64,000 bases of DNA, from NCBI GenBank assembly GCA_965113315.1, contig OZ220363.1; one strand, 5' to 3'. The stretch's first letter is position 1. Each line of letters starts with the position of its first letter. Below are positions 59,841 through 64,000 of the stretch, one piece after another. Below the pieces are notes generated by a model. The model saw nothing but the letters and a program-made list of their open reading frames with translations, did no database searches and had not been told where the DNA came from. The translations under genes were made by a program, and so were the position numbers. This stretch comes from Podarcis vaucheri. Its lineage: Eukaryota.

Positions 59841-60174
59841 CAGGGCCGGATTTAGGTTTGATGAGGCCCTAAGCTACTGAAGGTAATGGGGCCCTTTATA
59901 TGTCCAGCTGTCCTCTGTCAACAACAAATTGTCACTGTTTTTTGTGTTGAATGTATGCTATATGGTAATTTATGGACCTAATAGGTATCTTTAGCCATTT
60001 GCAAATAACAAAATATGTATTTTATCAAAGTAATTGTTGAACTGAAATACAATTAAGAAGTAGTATATTAATAGTGAAATACAATTTATTTCCCTTTAAA
60101 AAAATTTGGGGGGGCCCCAAGAGAGTGGGGCCCTAAGCTATAGCTTGTTTAGCTTATACGTAAATCTGGCACTG
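59841..60174. mobile_element. hAT-type non-autonomous element
   Basis: TIRs cagggccggattta / taaatctggcactg, subterminal ggccctaagcta repeats. TSD degraded. Confidence 0.72.
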
Positions 60175-63100
60175 GCACAGCATTCTCGGGAGGAAGCCAT
60201 GAAACTGCTTTAAATCTATAGTGCAGCTGAGGCCTTACTTTTTTGGTTCAACCAGGGGAGGCAGGCATTCCCTTGCCTCCCTACTCCAGATTCCTATGAC
60301 TGGTCCAGCAACTGGTGGCCCTGTAACTACACCTGGCCAGCAGATGGTCACTGTTGGTCTGCAAGCCATACTATGGTTCTTCGGCAGTAAGCTACAAATA
60401 ATATTCAAACGATGGTACCGCACGGCACATAATCTAGAGCAACATATTCCCCTTTGCTATCTTCACTGAGACTGTTCCCACAGCAAAGGCAGAAGAGGAT
60501 GGGTATGGCTGACTTACGCCTTGAAGCAAGATCCTGGATATGTTTAATCAGAAGGAATCTCTGTTTGCTTCAGCCGGACATTTCCTAGAATATAACGCAA
60601 GCGTGGTGTGGTTATTGGCATGTTCTTTGTACCAGGACAGTAGTCGGGTGCATTCCATTCCTGGCTGGCCCTTTCCTTTGGTAATTGTGGGCTTGTCCCT
60701 GCTACTGCTTGTGCTGTGCTTTCTAGGCACAGTTTTTTCTTTTGCAGACCACTTTCCCTGGGAAAACCTGTTGTTTACTGGTGGATCGCTGTTTACAAAC
60801 CTGAACTGGGTTTTCTGTGAATTGGTGTTTGTTCCGATTCAGAAGTAAACAGTGGGTTTTCCTGGGGAAAGCGGCAGGATGAAAGAAAAACCCTTTGGAC
60901 CCATGTCTAGAAAGCAGGAACAAGCAGAAGAAAACATGGGACAAGTGTGGGTGAGCCCTCTCTCTCTCTGTGTGTGTTCCATTCCCTGTCTTCTCTGCTT
61001 GCCTTGGGGTTCCTTTGCCCTCTGTTGTTTTGACAGTGGCTAGTTTGGACGGTCTCTCCAGTGCTTGATCTCAACTGGGGTAAGGAGTCCAGTTCTGGCA
61101 ATGCAGTTATTCTTCCCCAGTGGCGGCAACGGTTGGCTGGCTGCCTCTCTTCCTTCTCTTTCTTCACTTCTTCACTTCCTCCTCATCCTCTTTATATTAA
61201 ACATGCTTGTGCTGTTGTGCACTGATAGGAAAAGAAAACGCTATATTAAAAAGTGTGACGGAATGCGTCAAAGGAATTTTAAAAAATTATTTTAATTTCA
61301 GCATTTGCCTTTTAAAGCAATGGTGGGAGGAACCACACTGCAGGACCCATAGCTGCTTTGAGCACCATTTGGCAGAAAGCTGGAACACAGATTTAGCAAA
61401 TAAATAAATAAAATAAAAGAGTAGCCTGGCACTCATGGAAGGCAGTGCAACCAGGAAATGTTGGTACATCTCCACCCACAATAGCTCCTCTTAGCTGCTG
61501 TAATAAAGCTTTGCCACTTCCTGATGGATAGGAAATGTACTGCATTTTTTTAGAAAGTGCTATGAACCAAAGAAGGATAGAAGAACAACAACAGGAGAAG
61601 TATTGGATTGCAACAGTTTGGCAGTGATGTTGTTTCAATTCTTTGTAATATCAATGAATGAATGATGCAAATTTGAAAGAAAAAGGGCTGGTGTGAAAGC
61701 AAGCTGTTATTTGCCTCCACTAAGTTTATCACTTGGATATGTTCAGTATGGAATAAAATAAATTATGCACCCAGACAATTCAGATTGTGTGCCAAGAAAT
61801 ACTGAATTCTACAACCTAAATAATTTATGGTTAGGCTTGTCCACCTTTGGGCATTTTAAGCTGTTTATCCACTTTCCCTCCATTCAGTTTAGACCAGAAT
61901 AGACCACAACTGCATGTATTTGAATTTGTATAGGAGGAACAGCTTCAGTCCTTCTTGCTCATACCCATAGGCATTCCTTTTAGTATTTCCCTGCCCAAGA
62001 ATTGTGCAAAAGCACACAGCCAGGCACTTGTAGATTTGCTTGTGAAGCTTTTGGTTTTTGTGCAAATCTGATATATGGCTATGCTCCTTTCACGCTTTTC
62101 TGTTGAAAAAAAGAAATGAAAGCAAATGTACATTCTCAGCACCGACTTTTCAGATTGCTGCCCAGGATATCTGGTACAGAATTTTTTTAATGTGGTTTGC
62201 TTGTGCAGTTTTCTGTTTTTGTGCAAATCTGAGGGATTGAGGGGGGAAAAAAGAACCTCTATTCAGGAGCATACCAGTTATGAAGTGAAAGCATTGAAGA
62301 AGTAGTGGACATGAAAAGGGGAGCAGCAGAAAGTGACAATTGATTCACCCACCCCAAAGCACAAAACAAATAACCTGCAACCCCAAATGGAGCAGTTTGA
62401 ACAAATCTGATTTCCCACAATTTACCCATATTGGGTAAACCTGAAATTACTGGGGCATTTACATGGGAATGCAAAGAGCTGCACACAGATGGTGAACTCC
62501 AATGTGAACAAACCCCAGGTAGTACAAGCGTGCATTACTTCTCTTTATTTTGCATAATTTTCAGGCTCTCCCCCTTTTTTTTTGCAGAATTTGATTTTGT
62601 TAATCATGAGGAGGAAAAAGCAATTATTGAAGGTTCTGATGTTTCATGCCCACCCCCTAGAAATCTTATTCAGCCACCATTCGAGTAGGCATTGGCCACA
62701 CATTTCTAAGAGCAGTAATGTAAAATGAAATCTGGGATTTCTTTAAAGCACTCTGAAGCCTGCACTCAGTATCACATTCTGTGCCTTTTCTGTTTGTCCT
62801 TGTAACATGGGAGCATACACAGAGCATTTCTATGTAGGGGCTAATGCACCTCCATGCATGGTACTAAGTTGGCCTTGCAAGTTGGGTTGGGAGCTTTCTT
62901 TCCCAGACAAAATTGGATGGCACTGGGAAGTGATTTTTATCAGGAGCTCAAGAGCTATACCAATGTGGTGGGTTAGGGAGGCAGAGAGAACATGTGCTTG
63001 TGGAATTAAGGCATTCCCATGACATTCCATGTATGCATTTATTGTTCAGGAGTCTACCATGCTCCCCGTCCCACATGGAATGTTTTATAGAAGGTACTTT

Positions 63101-63331
63101 GAAATGCACAAAGCCTCCTTGCAGTGCTTTCTGTAACTGCTCTGTGCTCACACAACTTCAAAACCTTAGAGAGGAGCAAAAGCAATGCATCTGGCTTTGC
63201 TCTATCTCGGGCTTTTCTTTTTTAACATAAAATATTTTTTAAAGCCTCAAGGCAGTTTAAGCATGAAAAAATAATCTTCTCCCCAGTCCCCCCCCACCTT
63301 CACTTCGTCCTCAAGCTTGTGAGGATTTTGA

Positions 63332-63652
63332 TCACACAGAGCCTAGGGCTTGCCAATCAGAAGGTCGGTGCCATGGGATGAGCTCCCATTGCTCGGTCCC
63401 TGCTCCTGCCCACCTAGCAGTTTGAAAGCGCGTCAAAGTGCAAGTAGATAAATAAGTACCGCTCTGGCGGGAAGGTAAATGGCGTTTCCATGCGCTGCTC
63501 TGGTTTGCCAGAAGTGGCTTAGTCATGCTGGCCACATGACCCGGAAAAACTGTCTGCAGACCAACACCGGCTCCCTCGGCCTGTAAAGTGAGATGAGCAA
63601 CCCCAGAGTCGTCCGTGACTGGACCTAACGGTCAGGGGTCCCTTTACCTTTA
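63332..63652 (+). mobile_element. Sauria SINE
   Basis: Body agtcatgctggccacatgacccgg and tail cctttaccttta. Confidence 0.88.
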
Positions 63653-64000
63653 TCATCTAGGTGAACAGTTTGTTATTACATTCTCCTCGGCTTTTGGCTA
63701 AGATGAGCTGGTGTTTTGTAGGGCTGGGCTGGGGGATGATGATGGCTCTCGATATACTTTTGAACTCCTGTTTCCATCGAGCCCATGTGGAAGGGATGCA
63801 ACTTAGTGATAGACTGTTTGCCTAATATGCAGAAGGTCCCAGGTTCATTTCCCCACATCTTTAGGTGGGATACTTCTGCCTGAAATCCTGGAAAGCTGCT
63901 GCCAGTCAGAGCAGACGCTACTGAACTCAATGGACCCAATGGGCCGAATCAGTATAAGACAGCGGTCTGTATCCAGGGGTTTGGGATAATGGGTGCTGAG

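Larger units (their letters stand above)
59425..60230. mobile_element. Harbinger-like MITE (actacagttccc family) hosting three nested insertions
   Basis: Host segments 59425-59447, 59595-59664, 59804-59840 and 60175-60230 reassemble into the layout of 15336-15681. Confidence 0.65.

Noticed and set aside
47219-64000. TNS1 exon 3 (second half of C1: C-x4-H-x2-C)
   Set aside because: No matching short exon with splice sites was seen by eye. It probably lies downstream of the window, though I may have missed it.

Overview
Eukaryotic vertebrate genomic DNA, almost certainly a squamate and probably a lacertid lizard, judged from Sauria SINEs, Squam3-like SINEs with (CTT)n tails and lizard-type L2/CR1 LINEs. 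The window holds the 5' end of tensin-1 (TNS1) on the + strand. It has a CpG-enriched TATA promoter at about 19.7 kb, a first coding exon (MTWVCLSCMLW, 20083-20115), a 27-kb intron, and a 115-nt exon encoding the first half of the C1 zinc-finger domain (47104-47218). I could not find the next exon, so it presumably lies beyond the window. The rest is upstream or intronic DNA dense with SINEs, LINE fragments (L1, L2, CR1), Tc1/mariner-, hAT- and Harbinger-type MITEs (many nested, several with clean target-site duplications), microsatellites and a few enhancer-like blocks. Nearly all ORFs in the track are spurious or LINE debris. I see no convincing wholly new biological system. The best leads are (1) a ~300-bp palindrome in intron 1 whose two arms each carry a degenerate minimal type-I hammerhead ribozyme (a Penelope-like fossil), (2) competing inverted mariner MITEs bracketing the frameshifting C1 exon, (3) a uORF-laden leader with a Cys-rich N-terminus, and (4) two palindromic or dispersed repeat families I cannot name. 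All repeat-family names come from recognition by eye, not from database searches.
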